Origin: Alphaproteobacteria bacterium | GTDB taxonomy: Bacteria > Pseudomonadota > Alphaproteobacteria > RF32 > CAG-239 | NCBI GenBank assembly: GCA_015062435.1 | Contig: SUUR01000001.1 | Span: forward strand, 27,503-91,502 | DNA length: 64,000 nt | Direction: 5' to 3' | Part shown: positions 30,680-41,155 of the stretch, in pieces | How positions within the stretch are numbered: the first letter of the stretch is position 1 | Layout of the letters: the number at the start of each line of letters is the position of its first letter | Made by a program: the position numbers and the translations under genes | The notes under the pieces: generated by a model | What the model saw: the letters and a program-made list of their open reading frames with translations, nothing else | What the model was told of the DNA's origin: nothing | Databases searched by the model: none

Positions 30680-32212
30680 ATGAAACAAAAACCTGTATTA
30701 CTTATGATCTTGGACGGTTGGGGTTATAGAGAACCTAAAACTGATGATAACGCTATTGAAGTCGGTGAAACACCTAATTGGCACAGAATGTACGCAGATA
30801 ATCCTCATTGTCTGGTGGAAACACACGGACTTGACGTGGGATTGCCGGAAGGTCAAATGGGAAATTCTGAAGTAGGACACACAAATCTCGGTGCCGGTAG
30901 AGTTGTTATGCAAGATCTGCCCAAAATAGATATGGCTGTAAAAGACGGCTCTTTAAATAAAAATCCTACATTAGTTAATATGATTAATAATTTAAAGAAA
31001 AACGGAAAAAATGCTCATGTTATGGGATTAATGTCTGATGGCGGTGTACATTCTTCTCAAAAACATATTGTTGCATTGTGTAAAATACTAAATGAAAACG
31101 GTATAAAAACTTGGGTTCATGCATTTTTAGACGGACGTGATACTCCACCTTCTTCTGCCGTTGATTATCTGGCAGAATTCGAATCTGCAATTTCCGACAT
31201 GGAAAATATAAAAATAGCAACTATCGAAGGACGCTTCTATGCCATGGACAGAGATAAACGTTGGGATAGAATCGAGTTGGCCTATAACAATATGATGTCT
31301 GCTGAGGGCAAACGCTATAAAACAGCAAATGAAGCTATTAAGGAATCGTATAGCAATAAGATTACCGACGAGTTTGTTGTTCCTGCTGTTATCGGCGATT
31401 ATGACGGAATGCATGATGGTGACGCTATTCTGATGGCTAACTTCCGAGCAGATAGAGCCAGAGAAATCCTTTATGCCTTAGCTGATACAGACTTTAACGG
31501 ATTTAACAGAAAAAAAATTGTTAAGTTCATTGATCATGTTGGTATGACAGAATATTCAACAGATCATAACAGGTTTATGAACACAATGTTCCCTCCTGAA
31601 GCCTTAACAAATATCTTAGGTGAAATTATTGCAAAAAATAATATGACACAGCTAAGAATAGCCGAAACAGAAAAATATGCACACGTTACATTTTTCTTTA
31701 ACGGCGGTGAAGAAAAAGAGTTTGATGGTGAAGAACGAATCCTGATAGCCAGTCCTAAAGTTGCCACTTATGACTTAAAACCTGAAATGAGTGTATATGA
31801 GGTTACAGATAATTTGGTAGAAGCTATCGAATCGAAAAAATTTGATGTTATTATTTGTAATTTTGCTAATGGGGATATGGTCGGACATACCGGAATTATG
31901 GAGGCTGCATTGAAAGCCGTTGCTGCTGTCGATGTTTGTTTGGGAAAAGTAGAACAAGCTATCAAAAATGTTGGCGGAGTTATGATTGTTACTGCCGATC
32001 ATGGTAATGCTGAAAAAATGATTGATGAAGCTACCGGTCAACCATACACAGCTCATACCGCAGGAAAAGTTGCTGCTATATTGGTAAATGACAATAGTGG
32101 TGTGAAATGTATGAAAGACGGAAGATTGGCTGATATTGCCCCAACAATGTTAGAGCTTCTAAACATTAAAAAACCGTCTGAAATGACAGGAAAATCTTTA
32201 TTGATAAAGTAA
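30680..32212 (+). CDS. gpmI: 2,3-bisphosphoglycerate-independent phosphoglycerate mutase
   Basis: 510 aa; MKQKPVLLMILDGWGYRE N-terminus; Mn-binding motifs. Confidence 0.9.
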   Translation: MKQKPVLLMILDGWGYREPKTDDNAIEVGETPNWHRMYADNPHCLVETHGLDVGLPEGQMGNSEVGHTNLGAGRVVMQDLPKIDMAVKDGSLNKNPTLVNMINNLKKNGKNAHVMGLMSDGGVHSSQKHIVALCKILNENGIKTWVHAFLDGRDTPPSSAVDYLAEFESAISDMENIKIATIEGRFYAMDRDKRWDRIELAYNNMMSAEGKRYKTANEAIKESYSNKITDEFVVPAVIGDYDGMHDGDAILMANFRADRAREILYALADTDFNGFNRKKIVKFIDHVGMTEYSTDHNRFMNTMFPPEALTNILGEIIAKNNMTQLRIAETEKYAHVTFFFNGGEEKEFDGEERILIASPKVATYDLKPEMSVYEVTDNLVEAIESKKFDVIICNFANGDMVGHTGIMEAALKAVAAVDVCLGKVEQAIKNVGGVMIVTADHGNAEKMIDEATGQPYTAHTAGKVAAILVNDNSGVKCMKDGRLADIAPTMLELLNIKKPSEMTGKSLLIK

Positions 32213-32217
32213 ACAAT

Positions 32218-33453
32218 ATGGAACTGAGAATCGCCTTTAAACATATAATCTCTATTGCAATTTTATTTAATTTTGCAGTAGAAAATGTTTGGGCGATTTC
32301 TTCTTCCGACTTGCAGAAAATGGAAGAAAAGGTTCAACTTCAAAGCATTGAGCATAAAAAATTACAGGCTCAAGCAACCCAAATTAATCTAGAACTGTCT
32401 TCCGTTAATCGAGATATGATTAATGCTGCAAAAAAAATTCAAAATAGTGAAGAAAAACTTTCTCAGATGGAATTACAACTGGAAACTCTGAAAAAAGAAT
32501 TAGTTAAAGCTGAAGAAGGCTTTTCTCAAGAAGATGATAATCTGATAAAAACTTTAGCAGCACTGCAAAATTTGGCTCTTAAACCCACAGAAGCTTTATT
32601 TGTACAACCGCTGACACCGGTAGAAATTATTAGAAGTGCAATATTATTGAGAGAAACCGTGCCTTTTTTGGAGGAGAATGCTGCAAGAATCCGAAAAGAA
32701 CTCGAGGTTATTGCCCAAAAAAAAGAACTCATAGAAAAGCAAATCAGCCAAATATCTAAACAAAAAAAAGTTTTGGAACAAGAACATAACAGAATGAAAA
32801 TTTTAGTTCAGAAAAAATCTAAAATGAGTAATGCTGTTGCGATTAAAAGTGAAAAAGCAAAGAAAAATGTTGAAAAGCTGGCTAATCAAGCCAATGACTT
32901 AAGAGACTTATTAAGAAAATTAGAAAACCAGAAGAAAGCCGAAGAAGCTAAAAAGTTAGCAGAAAAAAAGAAAGAGGAAGAGCGTCAACGCAAATTGGCT
33001 GAAGCTCAAAAAAAAGAATATCAAACAACAAGCTTGATAAAATCTTCTTCTACGGATAAGATAATTGCAGATTTTGCAAAAGCAAAAGGTTCTTTACCTT
33101 TGCCTGCCAGAGGAAAAATAATAACCGCATATGGCGAGCAAATGAATAAAGGCGTGTCTTCTAAAGGGATTACTATCAGAACAAGAAATCAGGCTCAAGT
33201 AATTGCTCCTTTTGATGGTTCTGTAATATTTTCCGGTCCTTTCAGAGGATATGGAAACCTAATTATTATAGAGCATGGTAACGGATATTTATCTTTACTG
33301 GCAGGATTACATACTATGGATATTGAAGTAGGACAATTATTGTTAGCAGGAGAGCCTATCGGACAAATGCCAACAGAAGGAGATGCCAAATTGTATATGG
33401 AAATTCGTAAAGATAATCAACCAATTGATCCAATGGCTTGGATAAAAATATAA
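32218..33453 (+). CDS. M23/LytM-domain murein hydrolase activator (EnvC-like)
   Basis: Signal peptide, long coiled-coil region, C-terminal LytM domain (…NLIIIEHGNGYLSLLAGL…). Confidence 0.75.
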   Translation: MELRIAFKHIISIAILFNFAVENVWAISSSDLQKMEEKVQLQSIEHKKLQAQATQINLELSSVNRDMINAAKKIQNSEEKLSQMELQLETLKKELVKAEEGFSQEDDNLIKTLAALQNLALKPTEALFVQPLTPVEIIRSAILLRETVPFLEENAARIRKELEVIAQKKELIEKQISQISKQKKVLEQEHNRMKILVQKKSKMSNAVAIKSEKAKKNVEKLANQANDLRDLLRKLENQKKAEEAKKLAEKKKEEERQRKLAEAQKKEYQTTSLIKSSSTDKIIADFAKAKGSLPLPARGKIITAYGEQMNKGVSSKGITIRTRNQAQVIAPFDGSVIFSGPFRGYGNLIIIEHGNGYLSLLAGLHTMDIEVGQLLLAGEPIGQMPTEGDAKLYMEIRKDNQPIDPMAWIKI

Positions 33454-33477
33454 AACTTCGTCAGTTAGGAAATTAAA

Positions 33478-34761
33478 ATGCTAAAAAAATCATCTATTTT
33501 TTCCGTTTTGTTTTGTTTGGGAATTGTTGTTTTTTCATCAAACATAGCTGAAGCAAAGAAAAATCAAAAAAATGAAACTACACCAAACACTTATGAGTTA
33601 TTGAATCTGTTTGGCGAAGTTATGGAAAGAGCTAAGTCATCTTATGTCGAAGATGTTGAAGACAAAAAATTGATAGAAGCTGCTATCAATGGTATGTTAG
33701 TATCTTTAGATCCTCACTCAAGTTACCTAGATGAGCAAAGTTTTAAATACATGAACGAGCAAACTCAAGGAAAATTCGGAGGCTTGGGAATTGAGGTAAC
33801 AATGGAACAAGGATTGGTAAAAATCGTTTCTCCAATTGATGATACTCCTGCATCTGAGGCTGGGCTTAAACCGGGTGATTACATAACTAATATTGACGGT
33901 GAAACAGTTATCGGAATGAGCCTTAATGATGCTGTCGATAAAATGAGAGGTAAAGTCGGATCTAAAATTAAATTGACAATCAGAAGAATAAACGAAAAGC
34001 CTTTTGATGTTACACTAAAAAGAGAAGAAATAAAGATACAATCTGTTAAAAGTGAAATAAAAAATGATGATGTTATATATATCAGAATTTCATCTTTTAG
34101 CGAAGAAGTTGATAAAAATATTGAAAAATCGATAAAAAAACTATCTAAAAATAAAAAAATTAAAGGTGTGGTCTTAGATGTAAGAAACAATCCCGGCGGA
34201 TTGCTTGATCAGGCGGTGGCTGTTTCTGATCTATTTTTAAATCAAGGAGAAATTGTTTCTACAAGATCTAGAAATCCTGAAGATACCGTGAGATACACAG
34301 CTAAAGACGGTGACATTATCAATGGTATGCCTATTGTGGTGATTATAAATGATGGTTCAGCATCTGCATCAGAAATTGTTGCAGGAGCATTGCAAGATCA
34401 TAAAAGAGCCGTAGTTTTAGGTGAAAAATCTTTTGGAAAAGGATCTGTACAAACAGTTGTCCCCTTAGGAAACGATTCTGCGATGAGGTTAACAACTGCA
34501 AGATATTATACTCCTTCCGGACGCTCAATTCAGGCTAAAGGAATCGAGCCGGATATTGTAGTTCATCCGGCAAAAATAGAAGAATTCAAAAATGAATATA
34601 ATTTCAGTGAAGCGGAATACGCAAATGCGTTAAAAAATGAAAAAGATGATAGTAATCCCAAAAAAACAAAATCATCCGCAGATGATGATTGGCGCAAAGA
34701 TTATCAGCTTTCACGGGCGGTAGATCTGGTAAAAGCTCTTGATATTTATAACAAAAAGTAA
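33478..34761 (+). CDS. ctpA: carboxy-terminal processing protease (S41)
   Basis: PDZ domain plus S41 catalytic region (GSASASEI, GEKSFGKGSVQ). Confidence 0.85.
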   Translation: MLKKSSIFSVLFCLGIVVFSSNIAEAKKNQKNETTPNTYELLNLFGEVMERAKSSYVEDVEDKKLIEAAINGMLVSLDPHSSYLDEQSFKYMNEQTQGKFGGLGIEVTMEQGLVKIVSPIDDTPASEAGLKPGDYITNIDGETVIGMSLNDAVDKMRGKVGSKIKLTIRRINEKPFDVTLKREEIKIQSVKSEIKNDDVIYIRISSFSEEVDKNIEKSIKKLSKNKKIKGVVLDVRNNPGGLLDQAVAVSDLFLNQGEIVSTRSRNPEDTVRYTAKDGDIINGMPIVVIINDGSASASEIVAGALQDHKRAVVLGEKSFGKGSVQTVVPLGNDSAMRLTTARYYTPSGRSIQAKGIEPDIVVHPAKIEEFKNEYNFSEAEYANALKNEKDDSNPKKTKSSADDDWRKDYQLSRAVDLVKALDIYNKK

Positions 34762-35950
34762 GGATATATATGTGATTAAAAAAGTTACATCTTATAAAAT
34801 TCTTATTTCCTCAGTTGTTTTAGCAATTCTGATAATTGCAGTTATCGGATTTTGGTTTGCTGATGAAAAAAGTGCTCCGGTTTATTTAAATAAAATTGAT
34901 AAACTAATGTTTGATACCAATAATAAAGCTCCTAAGTTTGTGCTAACATTGCCGGACGCAGACCAAATGCAATCTCAACAAAATTCTCAGATTTCTACTG
35001 AAGCAGCATTTGAAGCAAAGACAGAAAAACCCGTGGAATCAGTGAAAAAAACAGAGACACTCGAAGACATTATTATGCAAATACCTAATCTGGTATTACT
35101 TTTGCCAAAACCTGCCACTCAACAATTAAAACATATCACTCTGGCAGATGATCTTACGGAATCTTTTGAAAAAAAATTACTACCGAAAGTATCCGAAGAT
35201 GGGCGCAAACCTTGGAACGAATATGGTAAAAGCGTAAACATAAAGCCAAATTTCAAAAAAGTGGCTATTGTTATAAAAGGTTTGGGGCTTGATGCCGTTT
35301 CTTTGGATAAAATCGTTAAAGGACTGGATTCTGAAATATCTGTTTCACTTTCTCCGTATGCATCTGATGCAGGTACAAAACTGATATCTGCCAGACAATA
35401 TGGCCATGAAACATACATAGACTTGCTGCTTTCCTCCAAAAACTTTCTTAAATCAGATAACGGCCCTATGTCTATGAGTATAACAATCAGTATTGAAGAA
35501 GCTCTAAACAGATTGAGAACAAGCTTGGATGCCGGAGCCCCTATCGGTGGTGTTGTGGTGAATGACGGAATCGCTGATGATGATAATAAAGAACTCTTAT
35601 TTAGCATCTTAAAAGAATTAAAAAATAGAGGATTATTATTGATTGATGCCACTCATGGAGACGGATTGAATAAAATAAAAGTTGAAGGGTTGCCCAGAAG
35701 AAAAGCAGATATCGTTATTGATAATGATTTTAACAGAGATGTTATTAGAAAACAACTACAACAAGCAGAAGATATCGCTTTCAAAAAAGGGCATGTATTG
35801 GTTGTGATAGACCCTAAACCGGTGGCTATTATTGAAGTTTATAACTGGATAAAAGAGTTTTCTCCTCAAGTTGAATATGAAGACGCAAAAAATATGGAAC
35901 TAAAAAAACCTTTTGCCGTTGTACCTGTTTCTAATTTGGTTATAGATTAA
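34739..35950 (+). CDS. divergent polysaccharide deacetylase family protein (YibQ-like)
   Basis: N-terminal TM helix; C-terminal region resembling the YibQ/divergent polysaccharide deacetylase fold. Start uncertain: a GTG at 34772 with AAGGA upstream would remove the overlap with ctpA. Confidence 0.5.
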   Translation: MIFITKSKDIYVIKKVTSYKILISSVVLAILIIAVIGFWFADEKSAPVYLNKIDKLMFDTNNKAPKFVLTLPDADQMQSQQNSQISTEAAFEAKTEKPVESVKKTETLEDIIMQIPNLVLLLPKPATQQLKHITLADDLTESFEKKLLPKVSEDGRKPWNEYGKSVNIKPNFKKVAIVIKGLGLDAVSLDKIVKGLDSEISVSLSPYASDAGTKLISARQYGHETYIDLLLSSKNFLKSDNGPMSMSITISIEEALNRLRTSLDAGAPIGGVVVNDGIADDDNKELLFSILKELKNRGLLLIDATHGDGLNKIKVEGLPRRKADIVIDNDFNRDVIRKQLQQAEDIAFKKGHVLVVIDPKPVAIIEVYNWIKEFSPQVEYEDAKNMELKKPFAVVPVSNLVID

Positions 35951-35951
35951 A

Positions 35952-36446
35952 ATGACTGAAAAATATCGTAAAAATGTCGGCATAATAATTTTTGATATCA
36001 GAGGTAAGGTTTTAATGTGTGCCAGAGCTGATAAACCGGATATGCAATGGCAATTTCCTCAAGGAGGAATCGAGCCGAATGAAGATATAATCGAAGCCGC
36101 TAAAAGAGAGCTTAAGGAAGAAACAGGAATCACGTCTGTCAAATATGTGAATCAACTGCCGTTTACGGTTAAATATAAGTTTCCGGATAGTGTAAAAAAC
36201 TTTTTTAAGCAACAAGGATGCGATTATGTCGGACAAGAACAATCATGGGTTTTGTTTTTGTTTGAGGGTAACGATTGTGAAATAAATTTTCTTACAAATC
36301 CCGAAGAAATAGAATTTAAGGATTTTGAATGGGTAAATCCGCTTGAAGCTCCTCAAAGAATTGTTTATTTCAAAAAAGATGTATATCAAACTGTTGTTAA
36401 TTACTTTTTGCCGATAATCATCTCTGAGGTACAACATGGCAAATAA
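35952..36446 (+). CDS. rppH: RNA pyrophosphohydrolase (Nudix)
   Basis: Nudix box GGIEPNEDIIEAAKRELKEETG. Confidence 0.8.
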   Translation: MTEKYRKNVGIIIFDIRGKVLMCARADKPDMQWQFPQGGIEPNEDIIEAAKRELKEETGITSVKYVNQLPFTVKYKFPDSVKNFFKQQGCDYVGQEQSWVLFLFEGNDCEINFLTNPEEIEFKDFEWVNPLEAPQRIVYFKKDVYQTVVNYFLPIIISEVQHGK

Positions 36447-36993
36447 GTTTGATAAAGAACGATTTCAAGTGTTGAAAGCGGCTAAAGCCGGAATAAAAGG
36501 AAATATAAAATTATCTTCCCGTCAAAAAAAATATGTAAAAAATTTATTATTGTTTGCATTGATGAATGCCTCTGCAAATGATACCGTTACTAATAAAAAT
36601 TTTATAAAATTGGTAAATAAACTTTTTAAAGGTTTTTTGATAAAAATTATTAAAGAATGCCTAGATGATGACGACGATACAGATTTTGACGAAGCTTTAG
36701 AAGTAGAATTAAACAAAATCATTGCTGATACAAAACTTTTAGACACTAAAAATATAGAAGATGTTTTAACGCCTGAAAATATAATGTTGTTTTTGAAAGG
36801 AAAAACCAGCGGATTATCTCAAAAACAATTGTTGAATAAGCTTTTATCACTTAGAGAAGCCAAAGCTAATCATAGAGAAACACCTCAGGAAAAAAGAGAA
36901 CGTGAACAACGTCAAAAAGAAAGAGAAATGCAAAGACATCGGGAGCTTATGATGGAAGAAAGAGTTCTTACCAGAGGTCAGAGAACCAGATAA
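36436..36993 (+). CDS. hypothetical protein
   Basis: 185-aa ORF overlapping rppH stop by 11 bp; Arg/Glu-rich C-terminus; no recognised motif. Confidence 0.4.
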   Translation: MANKFDKERFQVLKAAKAGIKGNIKLSSRQKKYVKNLLLFALMNASANDTVTNKNFIKLVNKLFKGFLIKIIKECLDDDDDTDFDEALEVELNKIIADTKLLDTKNIEDVLTPENIMLFLKGKTSGLSQKQLLNKLLSLREAKANHRETPQEKREREQRQKEREMQRHRELMMEERVLTRGQRTR

Positions 36994-36999
36994 AAAGCA

Positions 37000-38079
37000 T
37001 TAATTATCTTTTTTTGATTTTAGTTGTCCGCAAGCAGCAAGAATATCTTGCCCTCTGGCAACTCTTATCGGTGCCTCATATCCGGCAGCCTCCAAAATTG
37101 CAGAAAAAGCCTTTACTTTATTGTTGGAGCTGGGTTGATAATCACATCCTGGCCACGAATTAAACGGTATAAGATTAAACTTGGCTCCAAGCTTAAATTT
37201 TTTCATTAAAGCAATCAACTCTTTTGCATCCTCCGGAGAATCATTAAAATCTTTGAGCATAAGATACTCGAAAGTTATATATCTTCCGGGACTCATCTGG
37301 CGTTGATAATCCAAACACCCTTTCATTACTTCTTCTATCGGATATTTATTATTTATAGGCATAATTTGAGAGCGTTTTTCATTATTAGGAGCATGTAAAC
37401 TTATTGCAAGTTTACAACCCAATTCACTCGCAACCATCCCTATTTTGGGCGCAATTCCCGAACTGGAGAGAGTTATTTTTCTTTTGGATATGGCAATTCC
37501 ATCACCATCAGAAAGTATTTTTAAAGCTTTGAACACATTATCAGGGTTATGTAAAGGCTCTCCCATCCCCATGACAACAATATTGGATAAATATCTTGTT
37601 TCATTGGTTGGAGATGGCCATTCACCATAAGCATCTCTGGCAACCATAAATTGAGAAACAATCTCTCCTGCTGTCAAATTGCGAGTAATTTTTTGACTGC
37701 CGGTATGACAAAATTTGCACCCGACAGCACAACCTACTTGTGTAGAAATACAAACTGCACCTCTATCATCTTCAGGAATGTATACGGTTTCTATACGCTG
37801 CCCGTCTGCAAATTCTAAAAGCCATTTATGTGTTTTATCTTTAGATATTTGTTCGGTTATGATTTTTGGGCGAGTAATAGTAAAATTATTAGCAAGTTTT
37901 GTACGTAAATCTTTAGAGAGGTTGGTCATTTTATCAAAATCTGTTTCACCTCTAAAGTAAATCCATTGCCACAATTGTTTTGCTCTAAAAGGTTTCTCCC
38001 CAATTTGAGCAATACAGTCAGCAAGTTCCTCTTTTGATAAGCCTATGAGCTCTGTTTTTGTCATTATCTTACCTTGCAT
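37000..38079 (-). CDS. rlmN: 23S rRNA/tRNA adenine-C2 methyltransferase, radical SAM
   Basis: CxxxCxxC radical-SAM motif in VGCAVGCKFCHTG; 359 aa. Confidence 0.85.
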   Translation of the reverse strand: MQGKIMTKTELIGLSKEELADCIAQIGEKPFRAKQLWQWIYFRGETDFDKMTNLSKDLRTKLANNFTITRPKIITEQISKDKTHKWLLEFADGQRIETVYIPEDDRGAVCISTQVGCAVGCKFCHTGSQKITRNLTAGEIVSQFMVARDAYGEWPSPTNETRYLSNIVVMGMGEPLHNPDNVFKALKILSDGDGIAISKRKITLSSSGIAPKIGMVASELGCKLAISLHAPNNEKRSQIMPINNKYPIEEVMKGCLDYQRQMSPGRYITFEYLMLKDFNDSPEDAKELIALMKKFKLGAKFNLIPFNSWPGCDYQPSSNNKVKAFSAILEAAGYEAPIRVARGQDILAACGQLKSKKDN

Positions 38080-38576
38080 TTATTTGAAATTGTGCGATAT
38101 GCACTTGAAAAACCGCTTAATGAGTATGTGTCTTTGGTTTTGGTTCCTCTTGAAGATGTGCCGTGCACAACCATTCTGGAACCTCTTTTCATGGCTTCAA
38201 CCATTTCTTTATCTGTTTTTTCATTAGTTGCCCATGCTTTATCTTCACTGGTAAATAACTTATCAAAAGTTCTAGCTCCAATCTTTACTTCTACTTTAGA
38301 ACCTCTTTTAAAATTATAACCAGCATTGAAATTTACTACATTAAAACTTTTTTCTGCCGGACGATGAGTTATAACTGCATAAATATCTCCTCTTTGAGTA
38401 TATTTACCTTCATCTTTTTTAGGAGTTGAGGCCATATAACAAACAGATCCTGATGCATCTTTATAATAATATGCAACCCAATCTCCATATTCTCCTAAAA
38501 CCTCAGGGGCTGATGCTTTAGAATATGAAACATTAACAAAAAAAGATAACACTATAAAAAATAAAATTTTTTTCAT
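38064..38576 (-). CDS. invasion-associated locus B (IalB) family protein
   Basis: 170 aa; signal peptide; GDWVAYYY-type region characteristic of IalB homologs. Confidence 0.55.
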   Translation of the reverse strand: MKKILFFIVLSFFVNVSYSKASAPEVLGEYGDWVAYYYKDASGSVCYMASTPKKDEGKYTQRGDIYAVITHRPAEKSFNVVNFNAGYNFKRGSKVEVKIGARTFDKLFTSEDKAWATNEKTDKEMVEAMKRGSRMVVHGTSSRGTKTKDTYSLSGFSSAYRTISNKCKVR

Positions 38577-38673
38577 TTTAAGATACTCACAATTTTAGTT
38601 AAATTTATAATAATAATAATTGAAAAATATATAAAAACTGTTAACTTCAAAAAAAATTTTTGAAAGTCTTCTT

Positions 38674-39906
38674 ATGATACGTGATAATTATCTCAATATA
38701 AAAACACTGGTTAAAAACAGAAAAATCTTTCGCCTTTTTAAAGTCGTTGCCAAACACGGAGGCGTTTTGAGGTTTGTCGGTGGTGCCGTACGAGATGCAT
38801 TAAAAGGTATTGAAGGTTCCGATATTGATTTTGCAACAGATCTTTCTCCCGATGAATTAGTTGAGGCGTGTAATGAAGAAGGACTAAAAACTGTTGCTAT
38901 CGGTATAAAATTCGGTACAGTAGGAGTTATTATAGATGATAAACTTCTGGAAGTGACTTCTTTGCGAAAAGATATAAAAACAGATGGGCGACATGCAGAA
39001 GTTGAGTTTACTGATAATTGGGAAGAAGACGCCTCCAGACGAGATCTTACAATCAATGCGGTTTATGCTGATGAAAAAGGAAACGTATTTGATTATTATA
39101 ACGGAATTGAAGATTTAGAAAAAGGGCGAGTCAGATTTATCGGCTCTGCCGATAAGCGTGTAAAAGAAGATTTTTTAAGAATTTTACGCTTTTTCAGGTT
39201 TTATTCAATGTACGGAAGCGGTGAGCCGGATAAAAAAGCTTTGACGGCATGTTGTGCAAATAGTGAAAGCTTAAAAAAACTACCTATGGAACGAATCCGT
39301 GAAGAATTACTTAAACTTCTTCTTACACCTAAAGCTGTACAAACATTAAAAATCATGCAAGAAAATAACATTCTCAGCTATGTATTACCTGATGGAAAAT
39401 ATTTTGATAACTTGGATTTTTTAAAGAAATTGTTTAATGGCAGATTGTTGGAATCTAAAGCACTGTTATATTTGTTTATTTTGTATCAACCCAATCTCTC
39501 CTTAGCAGAAAGTTTGGCTTCAAGACTAAAGTTCAGCAAAAAAGAAAAACAAAAATTTATAAATTGGACTACGGTAAATGTTGAATTAAAAGATTTAACA
39601 AACAAAACTTATGTTAAGCACCTGATGTATGAATACGGAAAAGAGTTTTGTTTGGAAGAACTCCTCATTTCTGCTGCAAAAAAACAAGAATTGCTACCCG
39701 ATTTTTGGAATATTTATGAACAAATAACCAATATTGTTCCTCCTGTCTTTCCAATAAGAGGAAAAGATTTGTTAGAATTTGGTTTAGAAAACAGCCAAAT
39801 TGGAAAAATGCTTAAAATATTAGAGAAAAAATGGGTGGATAGTGATTTCTTATTGACTAAAGAAGAACTCTTACAACCTCAATTCAGCAAGGTATCCGGA
39901 GAGTAA
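38674..39906 (+). CDS. cca: CCA tRNA nucleotidyltransferase / poly(A) polymerase family protein
   Basis: GGAVRDAL motif and nucleotidyltransferase head domain. Confidence 0.75.
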   Translation: MIRDNYLNIKTLVKNRKIFRLFKVVAKHGGVLRFVGGAVRDALKGIEGSDIDFATDLSPDELVEACNEEGLKTVAIGIKFGTVGVIIDDKLLEVTSLRKDIKTDGRHAEVEFTDNWEEDASRRDLTINAVYADEKGNVFDYYNGIEDLEKGRVRFIGSADKRVKEDFLRILRFFRFYSMYGSGEPDKKALTACCANSESLKKLPMERIREELLKLLLTPKAVQTLKIMQENNILSYVLPDGKYFDNLDFLKKLFNGRLLESKALLYLFILYQPNLSLAESLASRLKFSKKEKQKFINWTTVNVELKDLTNKTYVKHLMYEYGKEFCLEELLISAAKKQELLPDFWNIYEQITNIVPPVFPIRGKDLLEFGLENSQIGKMLKILEKKWVDSDFLLTKEELLQPQFSKVSGE

Positions 39907-39908
39907 AC

Positions 39909-40259
39909 TTAAAAAGCATTTTTTATATGCATAATACAAAACGGAAACTTGATTAACACAACATCGAATCTGATATCGTAATTCATGTAATGCTTGTTTT
40001 GCTTAATAAATACTTCTGCTGCACGACGAATCCGTTTTTGTTGTGCAGGAAAAATACTGTATGATGCCTGAGCAATCGTTTGTCTTTGCTTTACTTCAAC
40101 AAAAATTAATGTTTGCTTATGTTTAAATATCAAATCTATTTCACCAACACCGCTTCCTCGTTTAAAAGTATGATTAACAGCTATTTGATGGTATCCTTTT
40201 AAACGTAAATAAAGTCCTGCGATAAACTCAGCAAAATGTCCTCTATTATAATTATTCAT
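39909..40259 (-). CDS. YraN-family (UPF0102) predicted endonuclease
   Basis: 116 aa; conserved GE.DLI...VEVK pattern; neighbours rsmI/lpoA-like as in the rsmI-lpoA-yraN arrangement known from E. coli. Confidence 0.6.
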   Translation of the reverse strand: MNNYNRGHFAEFIAGLYLRLKGYHQIAVNHTFKRGSGVGEIDLIFKHKQTLIFVEVKQRQTIAQASYSIFPAQQKRIRRAAEVFIKQNKHYMNYDIRFDVVLIKFPFCIMHIKNAF

Positions 40260-41109
40260 CTTTAAGCTTCAGTGCCATATTATAAAGTTCTTTTTTATTC
40301 AGACCATATCTGTCAGAAAGCTCTTTTACCGCTGTTTTTAAGCTACCTTCAGATAGTTTGGTGCGTAGCATTTCTTCAACATTTATATTTATTTTTTTAT
40401 CTTCTTTCGATGGTGGAGAAATCATTAAAACAAACTCTCCCTTAGGTTCTCGAAGTGAAAAATGTTGAATAACGTCATCTATACCACCACAAATACACTC
40501 TTCATACATTTTTGTTATTTCTCTTGCTACTGCAATTTCTCGATTATTAAAAATATCTGTTGCTGCTTTTAGAGTTTTTAAAATACGATTAGCTGTTTCA
40601 TAAAAAACCAACGTTGTATCTATTTCCGCAAGTTTTAAAAATAAGTCTTTTCTTGCTTTTTCTTTGTTGGGTATGAAACCTGCAAACATAAAACTATTGG
40701 TTGGTAGCCCGGATAACTGTAAAGCACAAATAACAGCACATGGTCCAGGTATTGTGTATATGTCTATATTTTCTTGACGGCATCTGCGGATGATTTTGTA
40801 TCCGGGATCTGAAATCAGAGGACTTCCGGCATCACTGACAAGAGCAACTGATTTCCCGCTTCGGATCAACGATATAAGCTGGTCACTATGCTTATTTTCC
40901 GTATTATCATCACAACGGATAAACTCTTTATTTGAAGGAAGCCCTAATAATCCAAAAAGTTTTTTGGTTACTCTGGTATCTTCGCAAGCAATTATATCGA
41001 CGTTTTTCAAAACCTCAATCGCTCTAAACGATATATCTTGTAAGTTACCAATAGGTGTTGCAACAATGTAAATACCGTTTTTCAAAAACCCTCTCTTTAC
41101 AATAAACAA
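40252..41109 (-). CDS. rsmI: 16S rRNA (cytidine1402-2'-O)-methyltransferase
   Basis: Tetrapyrrole-methylase fold motifs (YIVATPIGNLQDIS, DAGSPLISDPG). Confidence 0.8.
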   Translation of the reverse strand: MFIVKRGFLKNGIYIVATPIGNLQDISFRAIEVLKNVDIIACEDTRVTKKLFGLLGLPSNKEFIRCDDNTENKHSDQLISLIRSGKSVALVSDAGSPLISDPGYKIIRRCRQENIDIYTIPGPCAVICALQLSGLPTNSFMFAGFIPNKEKARKDLFLKLAEIDTTLVFYETANRILKTLKAATDIFNNREIAVAREITKMYEECICGGIDDVIQHFSLREPKGEFVLMISPPSKEDKKININVEEMLRTKLSEGSLKTAVKELSDRYGLNKKELYNMALKLKDE

Positions 41110-41155
41110 AAATTAAATTATTTTATTTGATGATTGTTTTATATTTTAGGATAAA